Of a stretch of DNA of 64,000 nt, positions 19,101 to 29,039 are shown in pieces. How positions within the stretch are numbered: the first letter of the stretch is position 1; each line of letters opens with the position of its first letter. Made by a program: the position numbers and the translations under genes. Location of the stretch: the NCBI GenBank assembly GCA_032249135.1, contig JAVVGL010000001.1, positions 1-64,000 on the forward strand, read 5' to 3'. This DNA comes from Candidatus Calescibacterium sp. GTDB taxonomy: Bacteria > Calescibacteriota > Calescibacteriia > Calescibacteriales > Calescibacteriaceae. The notes beneath the pieces were generated by a model, which searched no databases, was not told the origin of the DNA, and was given only the letters and a program-made list of their open reading frames with translations.

Positions 19101-20809
19101 TCTAAAATTTCCTCTGTTATGATGGGACTATCTAACCTTATAACATTTGCGTGTTCTTCATCATCATAAGTTATATCTCCTTTTTCTCCTATTGTAGTTG
19201 ATAAAGACATAACTATGTATTCTCTGTATGGGTCTATTGGTGGGTTTGTAACTTGTGCAAATCTTTGTTTAAAATAAGAGAAAATATTTCTCGGAACTTT
19301 GGACATAAAGGCAAAAGGAGTATCATCTCCCATAGAGTAAGTTGCTTCTTTGCCAAAAAGAGCCATTTCTTTGAAGAATCTTTCTATGTCTTCTTCTGTA
19401 TATCCAAAGGCTTTTTGTAATCTTATCAACTCATTTTCGTCTATTGAAGAAAATTCGTCCTTTGTGATTTCAGTTGAGAATTTCTTTGATTTTTTTATCC
19501 ATACCGAATATGGTTTTGATTTAGCAATTTTTCCTTTTATTTCATGATCCCTATAAAGTTTCCCTTCTTGCGTATCTATATATATCATTTTTCCTGGTCC
19601 GAGCCTATCTATTTCTTCAAATTCTTCAAGGGGAATTTCTCTTGCTACTCCTATCTCTGATGAAACAATAACTAATCCATCTTTTGTTATTCCTACTCTT
19701 GCTGGTCTCAGACCGTTTCTATCAAGGCATGCTCCTACTCCTACTCCGTCGGAGAAAGCTATTGCAGCTGGACCGTCCCAAGGTTCAGTAAAGTAGTCAT
19801 AATACTCAAAAAATGATTTGACATCGTCTGGCATATCTGGGACGACCTCATAAGGTTCTGGGATTAGCATTGCCATAGCTTCCGGGAGCTCTCTTCCCGA
19901 AAAGTAAAGAAATTCCAGCATATTATCTAACATAGAGGAGTCGCTTCCCCCTTCCCATATAATTGGTCTTATGATTTCAAGTTCATCTTTGCTCCAAACC
20001 TTTGTAGATAAACTTTTTTCCCGAGCTCGTGTCCAATTTATATTCCCCAACAAAGTATTTATTTCTCCGTTATGGGCGAGAAATCTGAAGGGATGAGCAA
20101 TAAACCAGTGTGGATGCGTGTTTGTACTGTATCTTTGGTGAAATATGCATATTGACGTTTCGTAGTCCGGATCCTGCAAGTCAAGATAAAATTTATCTAC
20201 TTGTGTCGCTACGAAAAGTCCTTTATAAACAATTTTTTTTGTTGAAATTGACGGTATATAAAGAGAGATTTTCTTTTCTGCTGCTTTTTTTTCTACAAAC
20301 TTTCTCAGAATGTAAAGTTTTCTTTCTGCTTCTTTCCAATTCCCGTCGTACTTTATGTAAAGGTGCTTTATCTGAGGTTTTGATGATTTTGCTATTTCTC
20401 CAAGTGCATTTTCGTCTTGCGGAACATCTCTCCAAAAAAGCGGAGAAAATCCAAGTTCCTTTGCAAAACTTTCTGTTATCTCAAAAATGAAATTTTGATG
20501 TTCTTGGGAGTTTGGAAGAAAGAAAACTCCTATTGCTACTTTTTCGGGATCCAAATTATTTATTCCTCTTTTTTCAAGCTCTTTTTTGACAATTTTCAGA
20601 GGGATTTGAGTCATTATTCCTGCTCCATCTCCTGTTTTACCGTCAGCAGATACTGCTCCACGATGAATAAGGTTCTTTACAGATTCTACCCCTATTTTCA
20701 GTATTTTATTTGATTTCCCTCCTTTAATACTTGCAACAAAACCGACTCCACATGCAGATCTCTCTTTATATACATACATTGCCATTTTCACTTCGTTTTC
20801 AAGATTCAC
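16169..20809 (-). CDS. gltB: Glutamate synthase large subunit
   Basis: ERSA|CGVGF, HQRYSTNT, AHNGEINT, EPWDGPA, CIMARQCHLNTCPVG. Start may be the ATG at 20785. Confidence 0.98.
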   Translation of the reverse strand: MNLENEVKMAMYVYKERSACGVGFVASIKGGKSNKILKIGVESVKNLIHRGAVSADGKTGDGAGIMTQIPLKIVKKELEKRGINNLDPEKVAIGVFFLPNSQEHQNFIFEITESFAKELGFSPLFWRDVPQDENALGEIAKSSKPQIKHLYIKYDGNWKEAERKLYILRKFVEKKAAEKKISLYIPSISTKKIVYKGLFVATQVDKFYLDLQDPDYETSICIFHQRYSTNTHPHWFIAHPFRFLAHNGEINTLLGNINWTRAREKSLSTKVWSKDELEIIRPIIWEGGSDSSMLDNMLEFLYFSGRELPEAMAMLIPEPYEVVPDMPDDVKSFFEYYDYFTEPWDGPAAIAFSDGVGVGACLDRNGLRPARVGITKDGLVIVSSEIGVAREIPLEEFEEIDRLGPGKMIYIDTQEGKLYRDHEIKGKIAKSKPYSVWIKKSKKFSTEITKDEFSSIDENELIRLQKAFGYTEEDIERFFKEMALFGKEATYSMGDDTPFAFMSKVPRNIFSYFKQRFAQVTNPPIDPYREYIVMSLSTTIGEKGDITYDDEEHANVIRLDSPIITEEILEELKKNLPFRIFETVFDLNRKSSLREKIYSIAYEAADAVEKDGIKLIILSDRTAGKDGKVVIPSLMVVGAVHQELVRRGLRLKASIVVDSGEPREEHHFACLLGYGADAILPWLAFLTAYHIKEEHRGKAQEIQDRLKLVKNYKSAVEKGIKKIMSKMGISHISSYRGAQIFEIIGLKDEIVDFCFTGTPNWFGQDGVGYEELADDYIEFYRWSEDPSPLLPNLGFFKFIRGREYHEKNPFVFRPLHKFTETGNKEFYKEFTAQVQSRPPVKIRDLFDIKPLGDPVPIDEVEPVENIVKRFYVSSMSFGALSPEAHETLAIGVNRIGANMGSGEGGEDPRRFEPYENGDLASSTMKQIASGRFGVTTEYAVNCRELEIKIAQGSKPGEGGQLPGIKVTEEIARVRRAVPGITLISPPPHHDIYSIEDLAQLIYDLKKVNPQARVSVKLVAEAGVGIIAAGVAKAYADTIQISGHDGGTGASPASSIKNAGIAWELGLIETQAILIWNDLRERVRLRVDGGMLNGWDVVKAAVLGAEEYGFGSSAMIAIGCIMARQCHLNTCPVGIASQKEELRRKFPGFPERIERYFIAIAEEVREILASLGARSLNEIIGRIDLIKPKNIQLEKTKKNVNISYLKKLFLNIAEGGENPFVYDLPDKSDSEIDEMLDKRILEILSQKSISNKLPRNDRPETEEEDLNGRIVKDAWENLEKGKKLKLKYKINNSHRSVGATLAGLIAKKWGDGISLKPGLKPRTVEIEFEGVAGQSFGAFLTRGMRFILHGVANDYLGKALSGGEIVVIPPVENAVAIGNVCIYGGTSGYLFVKGRAGERFAVRNSGVFAVIEGAGDHCMEYMTGGICVVAGPVGKNLGAGMTGGIGFVMWSDLLPRLINSEWIFLKNIDEEEEFKVLERLLYLHAVQTGSDVPKKLLSEIDMVRVVVPKEFQKYKSNFLKDAILKIERDFADFLPPASKGISITQNQ

Positions 20810-20976
20810 ATTTTTTTATTTAAATTTCTACTTTTTTCTACTCCAAACACAAGATAAAATCTGCAAAGTTCAAAAATAAAAAAACAAACAAATTTCACCA
20901 AAATTTCACAAAACATATGATATCATGATGGAATAGGTAGCGAATCAAAATCAAAATCAAAATCAAAAAGTTCTCA

Positions 20977-21825
20977 TCACAGATTTCCACCAGATTGAGA
21001 AGGGACAGAGCACCATTCTTCAATATCTTGCGGAGTTTTTATCACAGGATTTTCACCGCAGGCAGGACAATCCTTCCTTTTTCTCACTTTGAACACAGAG
21101 AATTCTGTAGTTAGTGCATCAAAAACTAAAAGTTTTCCAATAAGAGGTTGTCCTTTCCCTAAAATGAGTTTCAGAACTTCATTCGCTTGCAGAAGTCCAA
21201 TTATTCCCGGAACAACTCCTAAAACACCGGCTTCTTGGCACGAAGGCATAACACCTGGTGGTGGAGGTTCGGGATAAAGACATCTATAACACGGACCTTC
21301 TGCTGATGGTATGAATGTGGAGACTTGACCTTCAAATCTCAGAACGCTCCCATAAACATAAGGTTTCCCCAAAATCACACAAGCATCAGATACAGCATAT
21401 CTTGCTGAAAAATTATCTGAACCATCTAAAACTATGTCATAATCTTTTATGAGGTCAATTACATTTGAGGCTGATATTTTTTCGTTTATGGCGACTACTT
21501 CAATATCTGGATTTAGCTTTTTCAATTTTTCTGCTGAAACAAGAGCTTTTGGTTTTCCGACATCTTCTGTTGAGTATATTATTTGTCTTTGGAGATTAGA
21601 TAAATCCACTTTGTCAAAATCTGCTACTGCTATTTTTCCAACACCCGCTGCTGCAAGGTATAAAGCAGCTGGTGCTCCAAGACCGCCTGTACCTGCTATG
21701 AATACACTTGCAGATAAAAGTTTTTTCTGCCCTTCCCCTCCTACCTCATCCAATATTATTTGCCTTGAATACCTGAGTATCATCTCATCGGTCAGAGTTA
21801 TTTTCTTTTTTCCATTCAGAGCCAT
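20977..21825 (-). CDS. moeB: ThiF/MoeB/HesA-family sulfur-carrier adenylyltransferase (no rhodanese domain)
   Basis: RYSRQI, GTGGLG, SNLQRQ, CYRC, CQEAGV, CPAC; GGGAGG SD upstream of ATG 21825. Confidence 0.88.
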   Translation of the reverse strand: MALNGKKKITLTDEMILRYSRQIILDEVGGEGQKKLLSASVFIAGTGGLGAPAALYLAAAGVGKIAVADFDKVDLSNLQRQIIYSTEDVGKPKALVSAEKLKKLNPDIEVVAINEKISASNVIDLIKDYDIVLDGSDNFSARYAVSDACVILGKPYVYGSVLRFEGQVSTFIPSAEGPCYRCLYPEPPPPGVMPSCQEAGVLGVVPGIIGLLQANEVLKLILGKGQPLIGKLLVFDALTTEFSVFKVRKRKDCPACGENPVIKTPQDIEEWCSVPSQSGGNL

Positions 21826-21933
21826 TTTTTCCCTCCCCTGAACTTCTAATTTAAAACAGAAACCATAAGAAAATTTCATTTTCCATAAAAATGAAGAAAA
21901 AAAGAAATAAAATATATAAAAATTTTCTGAAAT

Positions 21934-22908
21934 ATGTTCAAGATAAACATTCCTATTTTTTTTCTCACAGATTACGGCACAAAAGATGAATATGTTGGTG
22001 TTGTAAAAAGCGTAATTTTATCTATAAACCAAGATGCAAAAATAATTGATATTACCCACGAAATTCCTCCGCAAGATATATTCTCAGCTGCGTTTATAAT
22101 AGATAAAATTTTGAAGTATCTTCCTCAAAAAAGTATTATTTTAGCTGTAATAGATCCGGGAGTTGGTGGAAAAAGAAAACCTATTGTAGGTGAAAGCGAA
22201 ATTGAATTTCCCAAAGGAGTAAAGAAAAAGATTTTCTTTGTTGGTCCGGATAACGGAATATTTACTCCTATTTTTCTTCAAGCAAAACATTACAAAGTAT
22301 TTGAAATAAATGAGGAAAGGGTTTTAGAGGAAGCAAAAAGTTATGGGCTTTTTCTTGAAAAATCAAACACATTTCACGGGAGGGATATCTTTGCCCCAGC
22401 CTGCGCTTTTTTGTCAAAAAATCCTGAAATCATCAAGGAAATTTCACTGAAAGAAGAAGTTTTGCCTGTAAGACTGGAACTACCAAAACCACAAATAAAA
22501 ATAATAGAATACAAAGAAGCAGAAAAAGAAAAAAGTAAAGAAACAAGTAAAGAAAAAGAAAAAGGAAAAGAAATTATAGGTCATATAATTCATATAGATA
22601 AATTTGGGAACCTTATAACTAATATTCCAAAAGAATACCTTGAAGGAAGGAGAATAAAAGAAATTGAGATTTTGAGAGCAAAATTCAAAGAAAAAAAATC
22701 ACAATTAGGAACAAACAAGTCAGAAAAAAGAATAAAAGTAAAAGCCCCTCTTGTTAGCTCGTACGATAGCGTAAAGAAAGGGAAACCTTTACTAATAATA
22801 GGTTCTTATAATACTTTGGAAATATCTGTGAGAGATGGAAGCGCAGAGAAAAATTTTGGAGCAAAAAGATTTGATATGGTAAAAATAAAATTGGTAAAAC
22901 ATGAATAA
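21934..22908 (+). CDS. SAM hydroxide adenosyltransferase (DUF62; chlorinase/fluorinase family)
   Basis: LTDYG, VIDPGVG, VGPDNG, SNTFHGRDIFAP, IDKFGN. Confidence 0.92.
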   Translation: MFKINIPIFFLTDYGTKDEYVGVVKSVILSINQDAKIIDITHEIPPQDIFSAAFIIDKILKYLPQKSIILAVIDPGVGGKRKPIVGESEIEFPKGVKKKIFFVGPDNGIFTPIFLQAKHYKVFEINEERVLEEAKSYGLFLEKSNTFHGRDIFAPACAFLSKNPEIIKEISLKEEVLPVRLELPKPQIKIIEYKEAEKEKSKETSKEKEKGKEIIGHIIHIDKFGNLITNIPKEYLEGRRIKEIEILRAKFKEKKSQLGTNKSEKRIKVKAPLVSSYDSVKKGKPLLIIGSYNTLEISVRDGSAEKNFGAKRFDMVKIKLVKHE

Positions 22909-22963
22909 CAAAAACAGTCAGAGTACAGAAAAAGTAAAAATCAAAAAATTAAAATTTTAAAAT

Positions 22964-23374
22964 ATGGAGTTCAAAACAAAACAAGATGACTTTGAAGCTT
23001 CAATAAATATGATTCCACTTATTGATATAATGTTGGTTTTACTTATAATATTTATGATAACTGCTCCTGTTCTGAAACACTCTTTGGAGGTAAATACTCC
23101 GGAAGCTACTTCTTCTACCCCAACAGAACAAGCAGAAGATACTCCAATTGTAACTGTGACAAAAGATGAAAAAATAAGACTTAATGGTATTGTTATAAGT
23201 TCTCTTGATGAGCTAAAAAACTATTTAGAAAAACTAAAACCAAAAGAAATTTTAGTAGAAGCAGATAAATCAGTAAGATATGGCTTTGTTGTATCTGTAA
23301 TGGATGTCATAAAACAACAAGGCATTGAAAGAGTTGGACTTGTAACCCAGAAAAAATCAGAAAAAAATGAGTGA
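22964..23374 (+). CDS. ExbD/TolR-family protein
   Basis: INMIPLIDIMLVLLIIFMITAP, ADKSVRYG. Confidence 0.92.
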   Translation: MEFKTKQDDFEASINMIPLIDIMLVLLIIFMITAPVLKHSLEVNTPEATSSTPTEQAEDTPIVTVTKDEKIRLNGIVISSLDELKNYLEKLKPKEILVEADKSVRYGFVVSVMDVIKQQGIERVGLVTQKKSEKNE

Positions 23375-23436
23375 TTATCAAAGAAGATTTCAAAAAATTG
23401 AAAAAGATTCACTGCAAGAGTAAAATATCTTAAATT

Positions 23437-24621
23437 ATGCGATATTTTGTTCTCATACCAGATGGAGCCGCAGAAAAGTTTGAAAGAGGCACCCCATTAG
23501 AGAAAGCAAAAACAGAAAATTTAGATTACCTTGCAAGAAAATCATTTTTAGGAGTTGCAAGAACCATCCCTCATGGGCTTCCCCCCGGATCAGATATAGG
23601 AACATTATCTATTTTAGGTTATGACCCGTATAAGTTCGCAAAAGGGAGAGCTCCGCTTGAACTTTCAGCAAAGGGAGTGGATATTCCGGAGAAAGCTCTT
23701 GTTTTTAGAATGAACCTTGTTAAAGTAAAAGATGGAGTTATTTTGGACCACTCAGCAGGACATATAAAAGACGAAGAAGCAAAAAAAATTATTGAGAAAT
23801 TAAATCTGAACCTGAAAGATTTTCTCCAATCTAATAAAATGAAGATTTTTTTTGGAAAATCTTATAGAAACTACCTGCTTTGGGAAATAGATGATGAGAA
23901 AAAACTAAATGAATACGAAAAAACACCTCATATTCCTCCACACGATATTCTTGGACAGAAAATAGAAAAATTCATAACGCCAATAAAAGAATTAAGAGAA
24001 CTTACAAAACTCTGTGAGGAAATTCTCAAATCGGAATCTAATTCAGCAAACAGCGTTTGGTTCTGGGGACAAGGCAGAAAAATAGTTTTGCCACAATTTG
24101 AGAAAATTTATGGGAAAAGGGCTCATCTTGTATCAGCGGTTGATATATTGCGAGGAATAGGAAAGCTTGCTGGAATAAATGTTATTGATGTTCCCGGAAT
24201 AACAGGATACATTGACTCAAATTTTGAGGGAAAAGTAGATTATATTCTTGATAACACAAAAGATGGTGAAATAGGTATAATCCATGTTGAGGCAACAGAC
24301 GAAACGGGTCATGAGGGAGATCCGGAAAAGAAAAAATACGCAATAGAAATTTTTGATAAAAGAGTTTTAGGGAGATTACTTGAAAAAACAAAAGATGAAA
24401 ATATAAAGATTCTTGTAATTCCTGATCATCCGACACCGTGTGAGATCAGAACTCATTCACCGGAGCCAGTACCGTTTTTGATTTATCCTTGCATATGTAA
24501 CAATGGAAAATGTTTTTTCTGTTCGAAACAAAGATTTACTGAACTTTCTGCTCTTTCAAACGGAGTATTTTTTGATGGAAGATTAGTTTTAAAATTTTTC
24601 CTTTCAGAAAAAAACCGCTGA
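23437..24621 (+). CDS. apgM: Cofactor-independent phosphoglycerate mutase (ApgM type)
   Basis: PDGAA, TPLE.A.T, PGSD, HVEATDETGH, PDHPTP. Confidence 0.9.
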   Translation: MRYFVLIPDGAAEKFERGTPLEKAKTENLDYLARKSFLGVARTIPHGLPPGSDIGTLSILGYDPYKFAKGRAPLELSAKGVDIPEKALVFRMNLVKVKDGVILDHSAGHIKDEEAKKIIEKLNLNLKDFLQSNKMKIFFGKSYRNYLLWEIDDEKKLNEYEKTPHIPPHDILGQKIEKFITPIKELRELTKLCEEILKSESNSANSVWFWGQGRKIVLPQFEKIYGKRAHLVSAVDILRGIGKLAGINVIDVPGITGYIDSNFEGKVDYILDNTKDGEIGIIHVEATDETGHEGDPEKKKYAIEIFDKRVLGRLLEKTKDENIKILVIPDHPTPCEIRTHSPEPVPFLIYPCICNNGKCFFCSKQRFTELSALSNGVFFDGRLVLKFFLSEKNR

Positions 24622-25305
24622 TAAAGAAAGGTTTATCATTATTGCTACAACAACAGCATAACCTACTGATTTTTGTATTGCTTTTGCCATTCCTCCCGCA
24701 CCTTCTTTTGCTATCCATCCATAGTACACTACAAAAGAAGCATTTGAGATCCCTATTATAAAACACTTCAAAATACCAACCAATATCTCATATATTCCCC
24801 CAGCCTTCTCTATCCCACTCCAAATCTCCCCTTGTGATACACCATATAAATTTTGCAAAAGAAAAACAGAAGAAAATATAGCCACCAAGGTTGAGATAGG
24901 AGAAAAAATTACAGTTGCAAAAACAATACCCCAGAACCTTGGCAAAGCAATATAAATAAATGGGTTCAGAGGAAAAACTTCCATAACGGTCAGGATTCCT
25001 CTGTCTTTCATTGAAGCAATTTCAGACGTTATTCTTGTGCCAGACCTCATAAGAACCTGGGAACCAGCTATCATAGGTCCTATTTCTTTTAGAAATGATA
25101 TAGTAGAGAAAAATGAAGATAAAGCTTCTGCTCCGACTATTTTCAAAGCCAAAATGAATTGAAGCCCTACACTCATCCCTATTGAAACTCCAAAAATCAG
25201 GACAATGGGGAAAGATTCCGTCAATATTTCTCCGAGAGAATTTATGAACTGCCAAAAATTCATTCTTGGAGTATAACTTATGACTTTCAAAATAAACGAA
25301 AGCAT
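24604..25305 (-). CDS. MlaE-family ABC transporter permease
   Basis: KEIGP, ITSEIASM, YIALPR, GA.G.AKA...SV. Confidence 0.85.
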   Translation of the reverse strand: MLSFILKVISYTPRMNFWQFINSLGEILTESFPIVLIFGVSIGMSVGLQFILALKIVGAEALSSFFSTISFLKEIGPMIAGSQVLMRSGTRITSEIASMKDRGILTVMEVFPLNPFIYIALPRFWGIVFATVIFSPISTLVAIFSSVFLLQNLYGVSQGEIWSGIEKAGGIYEILVGILKCFIIGISNASFVVYYGWIAKEGAGGMAKAIQKSVGYAVVVAIMINLSLSAVFF

Positions 25306-25324
25306 AATAGTGATATCATTAATA

Positions 25325-26149
25325 CTAAATAGCAGATTTGAATTCTTTTATTGTTTCATCTGGATTTTTAGATTTCATTAAGGTTTCACCTATGAGAAAC
25401 CTCGTTATACCTTCTTTTGCTATTGAGATTATATCTTCTTTCGTTTTTATCCCACTTTCAGCAACAACTATTTTATTTTTAAGAAAGTTTCTGAACTTTC
25501 TGTATATTTCTTTAATTCTGTTGAGATCAACTTCAAGAGTGTGTAAGTTCCTGCTATTTATTCCGATGATTTTGGGCTGTTTTTTGAGATTGATTATTTT
25601 TTCCATTCCTTCTTCTGAAAAGCACTCAACAAGAGGTTCAAGATTTAAGGACTGAGTTATTTTTATGAATTCTTCGAGCTTTTTGTGTTCAAGCGCTTCC
25701 GATATAAGTAAGATTGAACTTGCCCCCAATTTTTTTGTCTCATAAATTTCATCTTCATATATTATGAAATCTTTTCTCAATACTGGAAGATTTACAGATT
25801 TTGCAACTTTGAAAAGGTCATCTTTTGAGCCTCCAAAATAAATCTCTTCTGTGAGAAGGGAAATCGCATCTGCTCCTCCCCTCTCATAAATTTTTGCTTG
25901 TTCCACAGCTTCTGCATCTTTTATTTTCCCGGCAGAAGGTGATGCTTTCTTCACTTCTGCTATTATGATTATTTTTTGCTCGGGGGAAAGTGCCCTCAAA
26001 AATTTTTCTCCATCTGATATTTTACTCACGCTTGATAGTTCAACTTCGCCCAATTCAAATTTTTCCTTACCTAATCCTCTTTGTTCTTCTTGTTTTTTCT
26101 TTCTTTCTTTCTCCTCTATCAATTTCAAAAGAAAAGAAGTCTGTCCCAT
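25325..26149 (-). CDS. trpC: Indole-3-glycerol-phosphate synthase
   Basis: IAEVKKASPSAG, LRKDFI, GINSRNL, AESGI. Confidence 0.95.
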   Translation of the reverse strand: MGQTSFLLKLIEEKERKKKQEEQRGLGKEKFELGEVELSSVSKISDGEKFLRALSPEQKIIIIAEVKKASPSAGKIKDAEAVEQAKIYERGGADAISLLTEEIYFGGSKDDLFKVAKSVNLPVLRKDFIIYEDEIYETKKLGASSILLISEALEHKKLEEFIKITQSLNLEPLVECFSEEGMEKIINLKKQPKIIGINSRNLHTLEVDLNRIKEIYRKFRNFLKNKIVVAESGIKTKEDIISIAKEGITRFLIGETLMKSKNPDETIKEFKSAI

Positions 26150-26171
26150 TTTTCAAAATGAAATCTTTGTT

Positions 26172-28082
26172 TTAATAAGGTGAAATTTCTTTTTTTTCTT
26201 CTTGATGGTATTTTATGTATATTTGTAGGTTCAAAATTGCAGCTGGTGTCATACCGGGAATCAGACTTGCCTCACGCAGATCAGAAGGCGCATATTTTTT
26301 TAGCTTCTCTTTTATCTCATTTGATAATGTTGGAATAGAATCTATATCAAGGTCAGGGGGAATTTTCCATTTTTCAAGTTGCCTCAAATACCTTGCCCTT
26401 TCAAGTTCCTGATTTATGTATCCTTCGTATTTTACAGATATTTCTACTTCTTCTTTTACTTCCTCATCAAACTCGTCAATTTCATTTGCGAAATATTTGA
26501 GTTTATCAATGCTTACTCCAGGTCTTTTGAGCAAATCTTTTAAAGTCAGTGGTTTTGAAAGCTCTCCTTCAATTCCTAATTCTTTTAGCTTCTCAACATT
26601 TTCTTTCTTTGGCGTTATCTTTTTTGATTCAAGAATTTCAAGGAGCTTTTCTATTTTCTTTTTCTTCTCACAAAATTCTCTCCATTCTTCATCTGAAACA
26701 AGTCCTAATTTCCTACCTATTTCTCTTAATCTCAGGTCTGCGTTATCTTCACGCAAAAGCAACCTGAACTCTGCTCGTGATGTGAACATTCTATAAGGTT
26801 CGTCTGTTCCCTTTACCACAAGGTCATCTATAAGTATTCCAATATAAGCTTTTTCTCGTGGAATTATTATTGGTTCTTCTCCTTTTGCTTTCAAAGCTGC
26901 ATTTATTCCTGCAATAAGACCTTGAGCTGCTGCTTCCTCATATCCCGTTGTCCCATTTATCTGTCCCGCAAAGAATAATCCCTCTACAAGTTTTGTTTCA
27001 AGTGTATGATAAAGTTGAGTTGGATCGGAAAAATCGTATTCCACAGCATAGGCAGGTCTTATTATCTCAACTTTTTCAAGTCCTGGAATTGTTCTCAAAA
27101 ATTTGAGCTGAACATCGTAAGGCAAACTCGTTGATATGCCAGCTGGATAAATTTCTCTTGTATCGTAGCCATCTGGTTCAAGGAAAACTATATGTTTATC
27201 TCTGTGTCCAAACCTTACGACTTTATCTTCAATTGATGGACAATACCTTACACCTATTCCTTTTATCAAACCACCGTACATTGCAGACCTCGTGAGATTT
27301 TCAAGAATTATTTTGTGAGTTTCGGGTGTTGTATGAGTTATATAAACTGGAATTAGCTTTTGAGTTATTTTTTTTGTTGAAAAGGAAAAGTGAGGTGGAG
27401 GATAGTCTGATTCTTCTTTTTGGAGAGAAGAAAAATCAATTGTATTAGCATCAAGTCTTGCTGGTGTCCCAGTTTTCAATCTACCTAACTTGAATCCGAG
27501 TTTTCTTAAAGATTCAGAGAGACCTATTGATGGTTTTTCTCCGAGCCTTCCGCCTTCTAATGAATCGTGCCCGATGAAAATTTTTCCTCCAAGAAATGTT
27601 CCTGTTGATATTACAACAGCTTTTGCTAAAAATACAACTCCCAAGTCTATCTTTACACCTCTTACTTTCCTTTTTCCGTTTTTTTCTTCAACCCATATAT
27701 CTACGACATGCCCAAGCTTTATTTCAAGGTTTGGAGTTTGCCACAAAGTTTTCTGCATCTGTTGTCTATAAAGAGTTCTGTCACACTGAGCCCGAGTTCC
27801 TCTTACTGCGGGTCCTTTTGAAGTATTAAGTCTTTTGAAATGAATTCCGGTCTTATCTGTGTTTTTGCCCATCTCACCCCCGAGCGCATCTATTTCTCTG
27901 ACAAGATGTCCTTTCCCCAAACCTCCTATTGATGGATTACATGACATTTGAGCTATTTTTTCTATATCACTTGTGAGTAGGAGTGTTTTACAGCCCATTC
28001 TTGCAGCAGCAAGAGCTGCTTCACAACCTGCATGACCTCCTCCAACGACTATTACATCATATTCTTTTTCATACACAAGCAT
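26172..28082 (-). CDS. mnmG: tRNA uridine 5-carboxymethylaminomethyl modification enzyme
   Basis: [48 protein letters not shown] at 28082. Confidence 0.98.
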   Translation of the reverse strand: MLVYEKEYDVIVVGGGHAGCEAALAAARMGCKTLLLTSDIEKIAQMSCNPSIGGLGKGHLVREIDALGGEMGKNTDKTGIHFKRLNTSKGPAVRGTRAQCDRTLYRQQMQKTLWQTPNLEIKLGHVVDIWVEEKNGKRKVRGVKIDLGVVFLAKAVVISTGTFLGGKIFIGHDSLEGGRLGEKPSIGLSESLRKLGFKLGRLKTGTPARLDANTIDFSSLQKEESDYPPPHFSFSTKKITQKLIPVYITHTTPETHKIILENLTRSAMYGGLIKGIGVRYCPSIEDKVVRFGHRDKHIVFLEPDGYDTREIYPAGISTSLPYDVQLKFLRTIPGLEKVEIIRPAYAVEYDFSDPTQLYHTLETKLVEGLFFAGQINGTTGYEEAAAQGLIAGINAALKAKGEEPIIIPREKAYIGILIDDLVVKGTDEPYRMFTSRAEFRLLLREDNADLRLREIGRKLGLVSDEEWREFCEKKKKIEKLLEILESKKITPKKENVEKLKELGIEGELSKPLTLKDLLKRPGVSIDKLKYFANEIDEFDEEVKEEVEISVKYEGYINQELERARYLRQLEKWKIPPDLDIDSIPTLSNEIKEKLKKYAPSDLREASLIPGMTPAAILNLQIYIKYHQEEKKEISPY

Positions 28083-28260
28083 AGTTTGGTTTACCAATCT
28101 ATTTTTATCTTCTTTCTCTTTTTTGTCACATTCGTTTCTCTTCCCCTGCTATATTTCTTTTAAGTTTAATCTTCTGAGAAATCTATATGAAATTTGCTAT
28201 TCGTTATAGATTTCAAATTCAGGAAAAAAAAAGCAAAGTTATGATTAATATTTTCTAATT

Positions 28261-28344
28261 GGGGGTAGGGGTTTTTTATGTTCGGGGCCCAGGGCACCGG
28301 CGTAAAGCCGAAAGAAAGATCAAAATAAAGCCCTCACGGGCCCC
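28261..28344. ncRNA. Putative structured RNA/cis-element (GC-rich stem-loop), family unrecognised
   Basis: GGGGCCC(28284-90) pairs with GGGCCCC(28338-44), AGGGC with GCCCT, and there is an inner CGGC-GTAAA-GCCG hairpin, all within an AT-rich intergenic region. Confidence 0.45.
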
Positions 28345-28971
28345 TTACTTTACAGAGAAAGTAATTTCATTCCCTCCTTTTGAAATTTTGACTATTTTCC
28401 CATCTTCTGTTTTTATTTCTCCTTTGCCCACAAAAAATTTTGATTTTGAAACTTTTCCATCATAGTATCTTTCCACTTCTCTATATATTTTACCAAATTG
28501 TGAGTACCAACTTACTTTGTAAAGATCAGAAAATACCAAATTTCCTTCACGCAGGAAATTGCAGTCTGTAAAATATACCAAAAACTCGTCAGTCTTTATT
28601 TTGGTTTTCGCAAGGACATTTTTTGTTATTATAGAACCGTCTTCTCCTAAAACAAAAATCTGGCTTGACGGATTTAGATTGAAAATATGAGCCTCTCCAT
28701 CTTGACAAGTTTTTATTATTCCCCACTGAGAATCGTTTTCTTTATCAGATAACGACATCATAAATCCGAGCGATTGGATCTTATCTCCATCTAATGAAAT
28801 ACTTTTCGCTTTGAGAACATCTTCTCTTATCATGAATGAAAAATAAGTTAGCTCCTCAATATCTTTGATACTTTTTATTACCTCTACAATTTTTCTGGAA
28901 ATAAATGTGAATTGAAATAAGAAGGCAAAAAAGAATGCTGAAAAAATTGAGATTCTTAAAAGCTCAAACAT
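28345..28971 (-). CDS. Hypothetical protein with N-terminal TM helix (possible minor pilin-like)
   Basis: 208-aa ORF with a hydrophobic N-terminus. Confidence 0.55.
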   Translation of the reverse strand: MFELLRISIFSAFFFAFLFQFTFISRKIVEVIKSIKDIEELTYFSFMIREDVLKAKSISLDGDKIQSLGFMMSLSDKENDSQWGIIKTCQDGEAHIFNLNPSSQIFVLGEDGSIITKNVLAKTKIKTDEFLVYFTDCNFLREGNLVFSDLYKVSWYSQFGKIYREVERYYDGKVSKSKFFVGKGEIKTEDGKIVKISKGGNEITFSVK

Positions 28972-29039
28972 AGAAACAACATAAATTCGTTTGATTTATT
29001 CGTTATTTTCTGTTTGATTATTCTTTATTTTCTTTGTGC

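Noticed and set aside
20943-20966. (AATCAA)x4 microsatellite between moeB and gltB
   Set aside because: Short and AT-rich, with no evidence of function
28083-28344. Possible oriC next to mnmG/gidA
   Set aside because: No TTATCCACA-like DnaA box cluster visible
28259-28465. 68-aa plus-strand ORF over the GC element
   Set aside because: Arises from the GC hairpin plus the antisense of the neighbouring gene; no protein-like features
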